Counted from the stretch's first letter, positions 30,810-41,491 are shown. The stretch: DNA of 64,000 nucleotides from Candidatus Poribacteria bacterium (GCA_965208675.1 OZ242351.1:4224001-4288000), one strand, 5' to 3'. Numbers and translations: made by a program. The notes: generated by a model not told the origin, from the letters alone.

Positions 30810-31460
30810 TCATACCGGGGCATCCGTTTCAGCTTTTGACATCGTAATCTTGATTAATGCGCCGCCGGCAAGGATGAATCCTAGACTGCGTAGGATGATG
30901 TGCAGTTGAACATCAATTTGGGGGATGAAAAACCCAATCGGAAAAGCGGCAATTGCAAGCAGGAACAGATAGCCTGAAGGTTGATTCCAACCCTTAATCA
31001 GCGCCAAGCCGTAACATAAGGACATGAGAACCGCAAAGAACGCGCTTGTCCGCGAAAGCGCTTCCCAGAACTCTTCAGAAAAATGATAAATCAACATTGC
31101 GGTTTCACGTGATGGCGGTTTGTCGTATAATTCGCTCAGCGTACGCAGCGGTGCTGTTTGAGAGAGGTGTCCCACAATACCAATGCCAATCCACAGAAGA
31201 GCGAAACCGAGCCCTAAGTAACTGCGCGCCGACGCGCCCGATTTTAGCACCGCAAATAGAGCGAAGACTGCTGGCGTGATTAAGATGAGGCTGGCAACGC
31301 TAAAACCGTGTGCGGCGCCAACGAGTTTCAAATCTGGGCTTCCAAGATGCGCCGTGTGCGCATGAAACATGAAAAGATAGCTCGGCATGAACATCAAAAT
31401 GCCGCCGAGCAACCCTGAGATGCCGCCGACCAGATACAGTTCAGTTGGTCTGTTCTTCAA
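30810..31460 (-). CDS. Hypothetical integral membrane protein (~6 TM)
   Basis: Multiple hydrophobic helices; TTG start with RBS GGAGG. Confidence 0.75.
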   Translation of the reverse strand: MKNRPTELYLVGGISGLLGGILMFMPSYLFMFHAHTAHLGSPDLKLVGAAHGFSVASLILITPAVFALFAVLKSGASARSYLGLGFALLWIGIGIVGHLSQTAPLRTLSELYDKPPSRETAMLIYHFSEEFWEALSRTSAFFAVLMSLCYGLALIKGWNQPSGYLFLLAIAAFPIGFFIPQIDVQLHIILRSLGFILAGGALIKITMSKAETDAPV

Positions 31461-31664
31461 AATCGGTACCTCCGTTTGAAAGACATGAGTTAACCGCGAA
31501 CTCGGAAATTAAGAAACCGTGGTAAAATCATCGGTTTCATGGCTTAGTCCAACTCTCCGAAATTAGTATTTGCTCTATTTTAGCATTTCCGCGATGTTGA
31601 TGAAAGACGTTTCTGCCGCCGCCCTTTGGGTATTAGACAGCCTAGGTTATAAAAAGCCAAATGT

Positions 31665-32498
31665 CTACCAGCGCGCCGGACCAGACGGAAACCCGTAAGG
31701 TTTGTAGTTACAATCCCTATTTCCTGATGGCCATGCCTGTCCGCCTATATACCTAAACTCATCAATTTTCCCGGAAAGCCAGTAGAACATACGCGCAGTC
31801 TCTATCGGTCCGTAAGTTGCCGAGTGGAAGTCAAAATCGGGTTCACGAACCCAATCCCGAACTGGCGGCTCGGTGCGCCAGTAGTTGTATTTCATCATAT
31901 GGCGCACCGCCGACCCCGTTGAGGCAGCACGGCGGTGCCAAATTGAATAGACCGTGATGAAAATTGACCCCGCGGGTGAAGCGGTTTTGACCCCATCTCG
32001 AATGCCGCCATAGTGTTGCATATACCGCGCCGGCCAATTGTTAACATGCGAACCGGGCAATACCTCGGTGGGGCCCAATTCAGGGGGTGTATCTTGCGGA
32101 TAATAGAAGACCTGAAGATAGTTCACCTCCGGACCGCACTTTGAACCGCCATCCCGATGCCATCTCTGAGACGATGAAGGGCATTCTCCACGATGTTGGC
32201 TCATAAGAATCGGCAAGCCAAAGTTCATCCCAAGCAATGACCGAACGGCGCCTGCCGCTTGGGTATTAAGAATTACATTCTCAACAAACCAGTCATCCCT
32301 TAAAATTTCGGTTGGTTCATAATAGGTATTTGCGTCGAGGTACTTGATTGCCTTGCGATTTATCTCATCAGGCACGACCCCGTTTAACACGAGAAAGCCC
32401 TTTGTACAAAACTCTAAAATTTGCCCGTCTGTCAGGGTTGGCTCGCAGTCGTAAGTTCTCTGCGGTATGCTGTACCGCTCCCGGTTTGTAAGTTCCAT
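31665..32498 (-). CDS. PhyH-family dioxygenase
   Basis: WHRD, 'YYPQDTP..LGPTEVLPGSH', 'SIWHR'. Confidence 0.88.
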   Translation of the reverse strand: MELTNRERYSIPQRTYDCEPTLTDGQILEFCTKGFLVLNGVVPDEINRKAIKYLDANTYYEPTEILRDDWFVENVILNTQAAGAVRSLLGMNFGLPILMSQHRGECPSSSQRWHRDGGSKCGPEVNYLQVFYYPQDTPPELGPTEVLPGSHVNNWPARYMQHYGGIRDGVKTASPAGSIFITVYSIWHRRAASTGSAVRHMMKYNYWRTEPPVRDWVREPDFDFHSATYGPIETARMFYWLSGKIDEFRYIGGQAWPSGNRDCNYKPYGFPSGPARW

Positions 32499-32671
32499 GG
32501 TAATATCCTCGTAGGAAAATGTTTGAAGTTGAAATTCATTGTCTTCATTTCTTGAAAATGGACAAAAACATTGGTTAAGTATTGCGGTTACCTTTAAAAC
32601 CCAAACAACCGCAGCCGAATTTCATTTCGGGGCCAGAAAATTAAGATATGAGGGTAATCTAGTTTTGTCAA

Positions 32672-34612
32672 TCACCTCCGAATCGGGTGCCAAAAGTGGG
32701 AATAAGTGGGCACATCGAAAATAATGCCGATGACACTCCAAATTGTCATTGACACGAAATCACCCAAGATAACGCCGACAGCCACGGGGATGGTCCTCCG
32801 ATAAGCGCGCAAACCGCCGTATTTCAGGACAATGGATTTTACCAGCCACCCAATGAGGAACGGCGTCCACAGATAGTTCATAGTATGGTCATTTGCCATA
32901 AGATAGCCGACAGGGTGCAGCGACCACCATAGAAAACGCGAGCGCATAAAGGCAAGAAACAGTACGACAATGAAACCCTGTGCGACGGTTGCCATGACCG
33001 GGTAATTCACTCCGCTGGGATAGACCATCCAACGTTCTAGAGCGCCAAAGGTAATCCACCCGAGATAGGTTCTACCTTTTGCGGCTCCAAATTCGAATAG
33101 TGTATGAAGCGATGCCAATAACGCAGCGGCGATCGCAACGCCGACCGCCAAGATGATGGCGGCAAACAACTTCGTATTGTCAATTCCGGTGCGTTCGGCG
33201 ACTTTAAATGCTTCCATCTGGTGCGGCATAGGATTGTTCCTGTTTGCAAGGGAAAACCAGCGAAGCAGTGCCATCATTCCGAGATTCTTTGTTCCGAGTC
33301 TACGTGTGCCGAGTGAATAATACAGGAGATTGCTTGGCCCGATTTCTGGGTAGTAGTGTACCGGCGCACCCAACTCGGCGCGCAGCTTGGTAACGCAGAT
33401 GGAAACTGCGCCGTAGAGCGCGAAGAATAGAAAAGCTACCCAGAGAGACATTCCGCCCATATAACAGAACCAGATTAGGATGACTAAGCCGAACACGACG
33501 CCAAGGAAAGCCATCCGAAAGGGGATTGGTTCAGAGCTTTCATCCACCTGTGTCCCTCCTACAAAGACCTTTTTCAAAATCTGACTCAGCCGCTTTCGGC
33601 TTGCCCAGATTGCTAGCAAACAGATGGCGAGATAAGCGCCGCCGCTGGCTTGGTGATTGAAAGCCATACCAGCCGGTATCGTCCATCCCATTATGTACCT
33701 GACGACTAATTCAGCTTTCCAAACGAGAAAGAAAAACCAAGCGGACAGCGAAAGGTCTAACGGACTGAAATAGACTAAGCCAATCATAAACGGGTAGAAA
33801 GAGATACGCGTCATGCCCATCGCAGTCCACGGTTTGTCCCTAAACAGATGGCCGAAGTCGACGTACCAGATGGGAACGTGCGGTACTTGCGGGAAAAAGA
33901 AGTAGAGACCGTTGAAAAGTTGGAAACCCAGCACAATGGTGAAGCTGGTCCACATCGCGCGCCGCTTGAAGAATTGTGATGTATCCTGTGTCATCTCAAG
34001 CGGAATCTGAATAATCGGATATGTAAGCCTTTCAGCGTTAATCCACTGGCTTCTGAAAAATACGGTAATAACCGCAAGGGTTGAAACAAGAACGAAGGCA
34101 AAGAATCCCCAAGCGAGGACAGGAGTGATTACGGCGCGGATATGTTCGGCGGTGTATAAGGTAGATTCACCTGTATAATAGTCCTTAACTGCACCCTCAC
34201 TGTGAAGGATTAACCATTTGGGAAGATGTGAAATGAAGAGGTTTGCCCAGTCGTTTTCAGGGGTAGCATATGCTACCGGATGCCCGATGACATGAACGAG
34301 GGTTTCTATGAACTCTAACCCGCAAATCACTGCTCCAATCGCCATCATCACGTATATCACCATCAACTCGCCCTGGCTGAATGCGTGCCGAGGCAGGAAT
34401 CGCTGCAAGAAGACGTTGAGTATGATTAGAGCGATTAGCCAGATTACTGCGTTCAGAATTAGCGCGACAGTTGTGGTTTCCGGTGAATAGCGAACGATTT
34501 CCATGTTGTAAATCCAGAAAGCGTTCACGATGATGAGCACGACGCCAATCAGGGTTGCACGTAATGTTACATGGGAGGATTTTTCTGCGTTCGTGGTCAA
34601 ATTATTTTGCAT
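32672..34612 (-). CDS. Large polytopic membrane protein (DUF6785/DUF6784-type, putative transporter)
   Basis: Many TM helices; 'E.L.YPI.Q.P', 'RAELG.P.H', 'WWSLHPVGY', 'LKYGG'; start set at ATG 34612 by comparison with the adjacent paralog. Confidence 0.75.
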   Translation of the reverse strand: MQNNLTTNAEKSSHVTLRATLIGVVLIIVNAFWIYNMEIVRYSPETTTVALILNAVIWLIALIILNVFLQRFLPRHAFSQGELMVIYVMMAIGAVICGLEFIETLVHVIGHPVAYATPENDWANLFISHLPKWLILHSEGAVKDYYTGESTLYTAEHIRAVITPVLAWGFFAFVLVSTLAVITVFFRSQWINAERLTYPIIQIPLEMTQDTSQFFKRRAMWTSFTIVLGFQLFNGLYFFFPQVPHVPIWYVDFGHLFRDKPWTAMGMTRISFYPFMIGLVYFSPLDLSLSAWFFFLVWKAELVVRYIMGWTIPAGMAFNHQASGGAYLAICLLAIWASRKRLSQILKKVFVGGTQVDESSEPIPFRMAFLGVVFGLVILIWFCYMGGMSLWVAFLFFALYGAVSICVTKLRAELGAPVHYYPEIGPSNLLYYSLGTRRLGTKNLGMMALLRWFSLANRNNPMPHQMEAFKVAERTGIDNTKLFAAIILAVGVAIAAALLASLHTLFEFGAAKGRTYLGWITFGALERWMVYPSGVNYPVMATVAQGFIVVLFLAFMRSRFLWWSLHPVGYLMANDHTMNYLWTPFLIGWLVKSIVLKYGGLRAYRRTIPVAVGVILGDFVSMTIWSVIGIIFDVPTYSHFWHPIRR

Positions 34613-34796
34613 GATGCGAAAACCATAAAATTTGGAGTGGCTCGGACGCCGAAGCACGGCGATTTCAATTTAGGTTGGGGCATCAATAAATCCCTATACA
34701 ATTTTGGCGCTGCCACTTCTAAAGCCGAAACGACTATAGCAGATTTTCGTTTCGAGGCCGGAATATAAAGATACAATAATAATCCTGCCGTGTCAA

Positions 34797-35215
34797 TCAT
34801 CTGTGAATCGGGTGCCAAAAGTGGGAATAGGTGGGGATATCAAGAATAATGCCGATGACACTCCAAATTGTCATCGACACGTAATCACCCAGGATTACAC
34901 CAACCGCCGCTGGGATAGGCCAGCCAACCTTCCAGAGTGCCATAGAACACCCAACCGAGACTACTTCTACTCTCCCCGGCTGAATGCGTGTCGGGGCAGG
35001 AATCGTTGCAAGAAGACGTTGAGTATGATTAGAGCGATTAGCCGGATTGCCGCGTTCGGAATTAACGCGACTGTTGTGGGTTCCGGAGAATAGCGGACGA
35101 TTTCCATGTTGTAAATCCAGAGTGCGATCACGACGATGAGCGCAACGCCAATCAGCGTCGCACGTAATGTTACGTGCGAGGAATTTGTTGCGTTCGCGGT
35201 CAAATTTTTTCGCAT
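34797..35215 (-). pseudogene. Internally deleted paralog of the adjacent membrane protein gene
   Basis: ~34973-35215 matches the 5' end (~34370-34612), ~34908-34970 matches ~33014-33075, and 34797-34905 matches the 3' end (32672-32780). Confidence 0.88.
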
Positions 35216-35263
35216 AATGCGAATTTCCGAATATTCGTCGGATTGGCGCGGCTGGTGATGCAT

Positions 35264-36184
35264 TTAACAGATGGCGACAGGATTTCCGAATGAGCCGGTT
35301 GCCCCTTTTATCGGTATCGGCGCGAAAAAGAACGCGAATTCATAGACATTACCGCTAATCATTTCAGTGGTGTTCAAGTTTTCAAGTAGGTATATACCAT
35401 TAACCGTTAAAAAAATCTGATGTACAGGACAAAAGGCGTCATGTTCTTTGGTTGGCAAGACCTCAATGCCCCAATTGTCGGATCCTACAAGCACTATCTG
35501 CTTTTCAACAAGGAAGTGGGCGGCAGAAACACCAAGTCCGGGTTCACCGCTCAGATAACCGTGTTCCGAATCGTTATCCCGCCAGCGTTTTCCCCAGCCG
35601 GTATGAATAAGGACCACGTCGCCGGGATGGATTTCCAGGTTTTGTTTCTGCAACGCACGAAGCAAGTCTTGACCGGTTATTTCGTATTCTTTTTCGAGCG
35701 CGGGCTTCCCTTTGAGGCACGGAATGTCGAGTAAGATTCCACGGGTGAAAAACACTCCCACTTGTTCGATGCCGAGTTTCGTTACCCCCTCGGAGGTGAA
35801 TAATTCTTGCCGGTCGAATCCGTTGTAGAATGAATCCCCAATTCCAACATGAACGAGAGCGTCCATGTGCGTTCCGACATGAATGTTAGCGATTTCCAGC
35901 TTTTCATGAAATCCTGTTGATTTGTTGATGCCTTGCGGGGGCGATGTTGGTGAGACCGGGATTTCCAACTCCCAAGACCACGGCATGCCCTTATCGTAAA
36001 TGCGGCCGAGCTGATAGATTTTACCCTCTTTGATTAAGCCGATGGATTCCAGTACTTTTTCCGATGTCATCATGTTGGCTGCGCCGCGCTCATCATCGCA
36101 GCCCCATTTTGATGAACCGCGTTCAGGTTCTTCTGGCGGTGAATACGAACGGCCGCTTGATTTTGAAAGCTCCTGATTTTTCAT
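35264..36184 (-). CDS. Cyclase family (kynurenine formamidase-like) metal hydrolase
   Basis: HVGTHMDA, 'TRGILLD', 'GDVVLIHTGW', 'GSDNW', 'VH..L...GIYLLENL', 'GATGS'. Confidence 0.9.
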   Translation of the reverse strand: MKNQELSKSSGRSYSPPEEPERGSSKWGCDDERGAANMMTSEKVLESIGLIKEGKIYQLGRIYDKGMPWSWELEIPVSPTSPPQGINKSTGFHEKLEIANIHVGTHMDALVHVGIGDSFYNGFDRQELFTSEGVTKLGIEQVGVFFTRGILLDIPCLKGKPALEKEYEITGQDLLRALQKQNLEIHPGDVVLIHTGWGKRWRDNDSEHGYLSGEPGLGVSAAHFLVEKQIVLVGSDNWGIEVLPTKEHDAFCPVHQIFLTVNGIYLLENLNTTEMISGNVYEFAFFFAPIPIKGATGSFGNPVAIC

Positions 36185-36447
36185 TTCAATCTCCTTTAGG
36201 TTTAGAGTGTTTCAACTGTCTTACAGAGCGGAAAATGCTTCGCTTCAAGTACCCGTTGAATCGGTAGTAAATGTGTCACTCATTGTATTCGATATGGGGC
36301 ATTTGTTCAATTGATTTATACATCCCGAACGCTTGATTCACTACACATATTCCTTACGAACCTCTGTGTGCGCACCTGCGGTTTTTGGACATCGAAGAAT
36401 TGATGTGCATGGCACGGTGGGTAGTCCGAATCGGCGGGTTTTGCTGC

Positions 36448-36476
36448 TTGACATCCGCCGCGAAGTTATGTAGAAT
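36448..36476 (+). promoter_or_regulatory. Sigma-70-type promoter
   Basis: TTGACA-N17-TAGAAT, about 240 bp upstream of the TolB-like gene. Confidence 0.65.
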
Positions 36477-36718
36477 AGTTTAACCTCCAACCATTCCCGA
36501 TTTAATCAGAAGGCAATACCGTTAAAATTTATGGAATCCGGAATTTGGGGGTAATAACGAAGTCGGTTTCGTTATGACGAGATACAACCATGACACGAAT
36601 CAAGAGGTGGGCAGCGCTGCACATGTTCATTCCAAGCGAATCACTGAGTTAAATGCGGCACCGAAAATGGTTCCCAAATGAACTGACGATTTAACGTACA
36701 AAAGTGAGGTGACAATCT

Positions 36719-37717
36719 ATGTTAATACGGATAACGCCTATGTTTGCTCTTTCGGTTGTCGGTTTAGTCCTAATTAGCGTCATGTTTGTAGCGGGCGTCG
36801 AAGCACAAGCGCCGGCCGATTCGACAATCGCGATTACGACGAACGGCGCGGATTCCAACATCTGGCTAATTGACGCGGATGGCGCGAATGAGCGAGGGCT
36901 TCTACATGCTGGCGGACAACAACCCGTTGGTTTGGTATGGTCTCCGGACGGCACGAAGTTAGCGTTCCATAACAAAATTGGAGATAACGTCGATATTTAC
37001 CTGGTGGGTGCGAATGGGAAGAATTTGAAGCGTCTCACCGATCATGAGGCGGAAGATAGCAATCCCGATTGGCATCCAAGTGGTCAAAAACTAGCGTTCC
37101 AATCCATGCGGGACGGGAATTTTGAAATCTATACAATGACAGCGGCGGGGCAAGTCATTGAGAATCTTACGAACGATCCCGGTAACGACATTACGCCTGC
37201 ATGGTCACCAGATGCACGAAAGATAGCCTTTTCCGGCAAGCGGGGCAAAACCTTGGGAGATGTCTTTGTGATGGATTCAGATGGCGCCAACCCTCAGAAT
37301 ATTACAAATAACCGCTCCAAGGATTTAGATCCCCAGTGGGCTCCAGATGGAAAACAATTCATCTTTACGACGGAACGGAATGGAGCTGGTGATATCTTCC
37401 TTATGGATATCAACGGGGAAAATCAGAGACAGATTAATTTTGAGCCGAATCCCGGGTTTGTTGGTATCGACGGGGCTCCCGTGTGGTCTCCGGACGGCGG
37501 GGAGGTAGCTTACGAAGTCTGTGGAGCCGGGGTTTGCAAGATTATTGTGATTGATCCTGATAAGCCCAAAAATCAGCTTATCCTACCGCAACCGGGTGGA
37601 TTCAATCGTTCTCCTGCTTGGTTTGATCCGGAATTTGTGGTGGAATTCTCTGTCTCCCCTGCTGGCAAACGTCCGATGACCTGGGGTTGGCTGAAGCAAG
37701 TGAGACATAAGCAGTAA
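36719..37717 (+). CDS. Secreted TolB-like (PD40/WD40) beta-propeller with the C-terminal TW-x-x-K tail
   Basis: Signal peptide; repeated P.WSPDG motifs; ends 'SVSPAGKRPMTWGWLKQVRHKQ'. Confidence 0.88.
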   Translation: MLIRITPMFALSVVGLVLISVMFVAGVEAQAPADSTIAITTNGADSNIWLIDADGANERGLLHAGGQQPVGLVWSPDGTKLAFHNKIGDNVDIYLVGANGKNLKRLTDHEAEDSNPDWHPSGQKLAFQSMRDGNFEIYTMTAAGQVIENLTNDPGNDITPAWSPDARKIAFSGKRGKTLGDVFVMDSDGANPQNITNNRSKDLDPQWAPDGKQFIFTTERNGAGDIFLMDINGENQRQINFEPNPGFVGIDGAPVWSPDGGEVAYEVCGAGVCKIIVIDPDKPKNQLILPQPGGFNRSPAWFDPEFVVEFSVSPAGKRPMTWGWLKQVRHKQ

Positions 37718-37834
37718 ACTGGAATTATAAGATATGGCAAGGAGGGTATCTGGTTAATCGGCCAGATTTCAGATGTGGATGCTCGGCTTGGTTCGAGAAT
37801 TAGGACTCACTGGCTAGAAGTTGAGCATCCATTA

Positions 37835-38030
37835 GACATCTTTCCAAAATAATTCCACCGCCCGATAGCCCCAGACGGGATATTCGATCGTCAAATCGAA
37901 GATAGTTTTTTCAGACAAATAGAAATCACTGTTACACATAAACATCTAGCCCCAGCGGGGCGGCAGGTGTAAAGCGGCTACCCTCACATTGGGCTAATTC
38001 GCTGTTGGGGCAACCCTTGTGGTTGCCCTT
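37835..38030. mobile_element. MITE family A, copy 2 (left part only)
   Basis: AT-TA-GACATCTTTCCAAAATAATTCC start; similarity ends just after the GGGCAACCCTTGTGGTTGCCC hairpin; no right TIR. Confidence 0.8.
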
Positions 38031-38220
38031 AACGCTCTTTCCTACTCGCTTCCTCTAAAACGGCGCTGTGTCAACGCGAGTTGCACGGCGTTGAAGCCGC
38101 GGCTGCTCAATCATTGGCTGAAATGTCTGGATTCTCAAGGACACAACGGACGCTATCAGCCAGCACATTTCAGGTTCTTTCCCTCCATTGCAGCGGTCGC
38201 GAACAGTTGAAATCACACGA

Positions 38221-39084
38221 CTACATACCTTGGCTGGGGTATTTGTCGTGCTCAATCCGCAGATCGAAGTCGTCCTGCTCCTCCCACACCGGCATTCCGT
38301 GCGGCACCTGATACTTGAACTGTTCCTCATCAGAAGGGTAGGGTGCTTTGCCGCGTTCATTGAAGGCGCGTTGCAGTAGTTTGCATCGTTGTGCGATGAA
38401 TCCGCGGCGCCACCGGCGGTGTTTTTCATTCCATGCGATTGTGCGCTGATCGAAGTAAATTACACGGCGAAGCTGACGGCTAGTGTTGGACCGACTGCCG
38501 TGGAGCACCTTCGTATGGTGGAGAAGGATGTCACCGGGTCCCATTTCCGCAGGCACTGCATTTGGGAGATCGAATTTTTTGCGTCCTTGTTCAATCATCG
38601 CCGCGGCTTCTTCAACGCTCCACACATGGCTGCCCGGAACGACCCAGACACAACCGTTGTCGACGGTCGATGCGTCAGGGTAGATGTCCACGTTAAAAAT
38701 TCGCGGCGTTTTTGCAAAGTGCTGATCGTCACGATGCCACGGCACAGAAGAGCCGTTTTCCGGTAACTTGAACACCAGTGACTCGAAGCACGGAATAAAA
38801 TCAAACCCGACCATTCGATTCAGCAGATCGGCGATGAAAGGGTGGGCAAGTAGTCGAAGCGAAAAAGAGTTGGGGTGGGAATGAAGATACCGCAGATAAT
38901 AAGGAACACCTTCAGGTCCGCGAGAACACCAAGAACCCGCCGGTCCCCCCGCTAGGACCTCATCAATTAAACGTAAACTTTCCCTTTTGATCTCCCCAAG
39001 TTCGTCCGGTTGGATAATTGCGCGTAGTATGACGAAACCGTTCTCATCAAAGTATTGTATATCTTCGTCTGTTATCTTTTTCAT
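38221..39084 (-). CDS. PhyH-family dioxygenase
   Basis: 'FDENGF', 'VPWHRD', 'NGCVWVVPGSH', 'GDILLH...LHGS'. Confidence 0.9.
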   Translation of the reverse strand: MKKITDEDIQYFDENGFVILRAIIQPDELGEIKRESLRLIDEVLAGGPAGSWCSRGPEGVPYYLRYLHSHPNSFSLRLLAHPFIADLLNRMVGFDFIPCFESLVFKLPENGSSVPWHRDDQHFAKTPRIFNVDIYPDASTVDNGCVWVVPGSHVWSVEEAAAMIEQGRKKFDLPNAVPAEMGPGDILLHHTKVLHGSRSNTSRQLRRVIYFDQRTIAWNEKHRRWRRGFIAQRCKLLQRAFNERGKAPYPSDEEQFKYQVPHGMPVWEEQDDFDLRIEHDKYPSQGM

Positions 39085-39336
39085 TTAGGTGCCGCTGTAC
39101 ATGTTTTTCGCCATTTAACTTGCTATTGCGTGAAATCATGATTAGTGATATGATAAAAACGATCGAAGACGGACTGGATTTAGACATTAAAATCCACGCC
39201 TAACTGCAATAAGCAGACTACATTATACAATTAGCACTTCAGAATTACAACGCGTGTTTTAACGCAGTTCGCATGCACGGCACGATTTTCAAGTGCGGAA
39301 CGGTGCCCAGAATCAGTTTCGGACGGTGTATTTCCT

Positions 39337-40110
39337 ATGCTTGACAAGAATATGGTTGCAAATCTTCCATCGCTTCCAGGGGTATATTTTTTCCTTTGTA
39401 AATCGGGGAACATCCTCTACATCGGCAAAGCGAAATCGTTACGTAAACGAGTCGGATCCTACCTGCATAACCGGCGGCATCACGCGAAAGTTAAACGGTT
39501 GGTGCGCCGCGCCGCGCAAATTGATTATGCGGTGTGTGAATCAGAAATGGAAGCCCTATTGCTTGAATCGCACCTAATAAAAGAACATCAACCGCCATAC
39601 AATACTACCCTGAAATTCAACCGTCCCTCCTGGTTTATTCGGATCAATCCCAACGATTGTTTCCCCAAAGTAGACCTTGTATTGAAAATTGCTCCAGATG
39701 GCGCGAGATATTGGGGGCCATTTTCTAGCCGCCGCTGGACGGAGGAAGCCATCAAAGTATTGCACAAGATTTTCCCGATTCGGTCGTGCGAGGATGAAAT
39801 TACGCCCCAACCTGCGTTTCGCCCTTGCTTTAGTTACCATGTAGGGCGTTGCGGGGCGCCATGCGCTGCGCGAGTCAGCCAGAATGCGTACCACGCCATG
39901 ATTGAAAATGCCAGTCGTTTACTGGATGGAGAACATCAGGAGGTCGTCAAAGAACTGACTGATCAACGTAATCAAGCCGTAGACGAATTGCTATTTGAAC
40001 GAGCGAGTGCCATCCAGAAACAAATCGAACGCGTCCAAAAAGTTTTCGTTTACCTGAACGTACATCGAAATTATGCCAACACTAAAATTAAGGAGTTTCA
40101 TGGCATATAG
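39337..40110 (+). CDS. Short UvrC homolog (GIY-YIG, Cys cluster, UVR domain; Cho-like)
   Basis: 'PGVYFF..ILYIGKAKSLRKRV.SY', 'EALLLE..LIK..PPYN', C..C..C..PC, 'FERA'; no RNase H-like or HhH half. Confidence 0.85.
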   Translation: MLDKNMVANLPSLPGVYFFLCKSGNILYIGKAKSLRKRVGSYLHNRRHHAKVKRLVRRAAQIDYAVCESEMEALLLESHLIKEHQPPYNTTLKFNRPSWFIRINPNDCFPKVDLVLKIAPDGARYWGPFSSRRWTEEAIKVLHKIFPIRSCEDEITPQPAFRPCFSYHVGRCGAPCAARVSQNAYHAMIENASRLLDGEHQEVVKELTDQRNQAVDELLFERASAIQKQIERVQKVFVYLNVHRNYANTKIKEFHGI

Positions 40111-40135
40111 CAATTAGATACCGATTTACTGATTA

Positions 40136-40336
40136 GGGCGTGTTGACATTTGGCATCCCGTAGGTTGAATTGAACGGTTAAACGGCAGCCCCTATCAAGT
40201 GCAAAGGAATCTTTTGTAACACAATCTGTTAGATTGTGATCCGAGCCCGCAAACTAACAGTTTGCGCTACTTATATCAGATTATCCAATGGTGACAACCT
40301 TTGCCGAATCAGTAGCCTCAAAATGTCAACAGAACC
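40136..40336. mobile_element. MITE family B, copy 1 (201 bp)
   Basis: Imperfect TIR GGGCGTGTTGACATTT / AAATGTCAACAGAACC; TA both sides; near-identical inverted copy at 44827-45027. Confidence 0.85.
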
Positions 40337-40427
40337 TAGTATTGTATCAATTCAATTCGCGGCAAGGGTGGGTTGGAATCAGGGAGTACCACTGATGCGC
40401 CGCGGAAATTTGTTTTAGGAGGAAATA

Positions 40428-41486
40428 ATGGCGCCGCTCTATTCCATATCGGTATGTGGCGGACTTGAAAAGATTGCGCTTGAAGAGATTCAAGCCCGAT
40501 TTCATCGCACAGGCGGTTTGAAGGTCGTTGAACGAAGGCCGAAACGCATACTCTTTCGCTACTCTGGTGATGCGGAGCAATTGTTATCGCTTCGTGCCGC
40601 CGAAAATGTTTTCCTAATAATCAGAGTTTTTAGGGATATGACGCGATCCCGCCGCTCCTTAACAACGCTGAAAAAATCGTTCAGAAGGTTTGATTTTCGT
40701 CCGTATCTTGAGATTTGCCGAAACGCCGGAGTTCGATTTCGAAATCGGATTACTTTTCGCGTAACAAGCCGGATGTCTACTCGCCATAATTTTCGGCGAA
40801 TTGATTTGCAGCGAGCTGTTGAGGAGGCGCTTGCAAGTTGCGGATGGTATCTGACTAATGAGAATCCCGCACTCGATGTATGGGTGGAAATTCACGGGGA
40901 CGAAGCGCACGTGGCTATAAGGATTTCTCCGATGCATATGGCGCAAAGAGATTATAAGCAAGCTCATATCCCCGCCTCTTTAAAACCAACGGTCGCTTAC
41001 GGTCTCGTCCGTCTCTCCAATCCACAGCGCGACGATGTGTTCTTGGACGCAATGTGCGGCGCCGGAACTATTTTAATTGAACGAGCCTATTCCGGCCGTT
41101 ATCGCTATCTACTTGGCGGTGATGTCTTGCCCGAAGCGATTCGCGCGGCGCAGCAAAACATCAGCCGGAAGCATCGCCCGCGTCAACTCTTCTTATGGGA
41201 TTCCCGATCCCTTCCACTGGCACAGTGGAGTGTCGATAAAATTGTATGTAACCTGCCTTTTGGCGAACAGCGCAACGATGCCGAAATAAAGAGTCTGTAT
41301 CGACTGTTCCTCAAGGAATGCGAGCGTGTCTTGAAACCGACCGGGCGGATGGTGCTCCTCACTACCCAGCAGTCAACACTTGAGTATCTGTTGAAGCAAC
41401 GTGAATCTGTGTTTAAAATTGGGCAGAAATTTCGGATTAACCTGCTTGGGTTAAAACCTTGGGTTAACTTATGTCTTCCATATTAA
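40428..41486 (+). CDS. THUMP-domain RNA methyltransferase (UPF0020/TrmN-like)
   Basis: 'TFRVT', 'ASLKPTVA', 'LDAMCGAGTILIE', 'NLPFG'. Confidence 0.85.
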   Translation: MAPLYSISVCGGLEKIALEEIQARFHRTGGLKVVERRPKRILFRYSGDAEQLLSLRAAENVFLIIRVFRDMTRSRRSLTTLKKSFRRFDFRPYLEICRNAGVRFRNRITFRVTSRMSTRHNFRRIDLQRAVEEALASCGWYLTNENPALDVWVEIHGDEAHVAIRISPMHMAQRDYKQAHIPASLKPTVAYGLVRLSNPQRDDVFLDAMCGAGTILIERAYSGRYRYLLGGDVLPEAIRAAQQNISRKHRPRQLFLWDSRSLPLAQWSVDKIVCNLPFGEQRNDAEIKSLYRLFLKECERVLKPTGRMVLLTTQQSTLEYLLKQRESVFKIGQKFRINLLGLKPWVNLCLPY

Positions 41487-41491
41487 TATTA

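Noticed and set aside
40236-40418. Short ORFs inside MITEs (also 41553-41941)
   Set aside because: No transposase motifs; incidental frames in non-coding repeats
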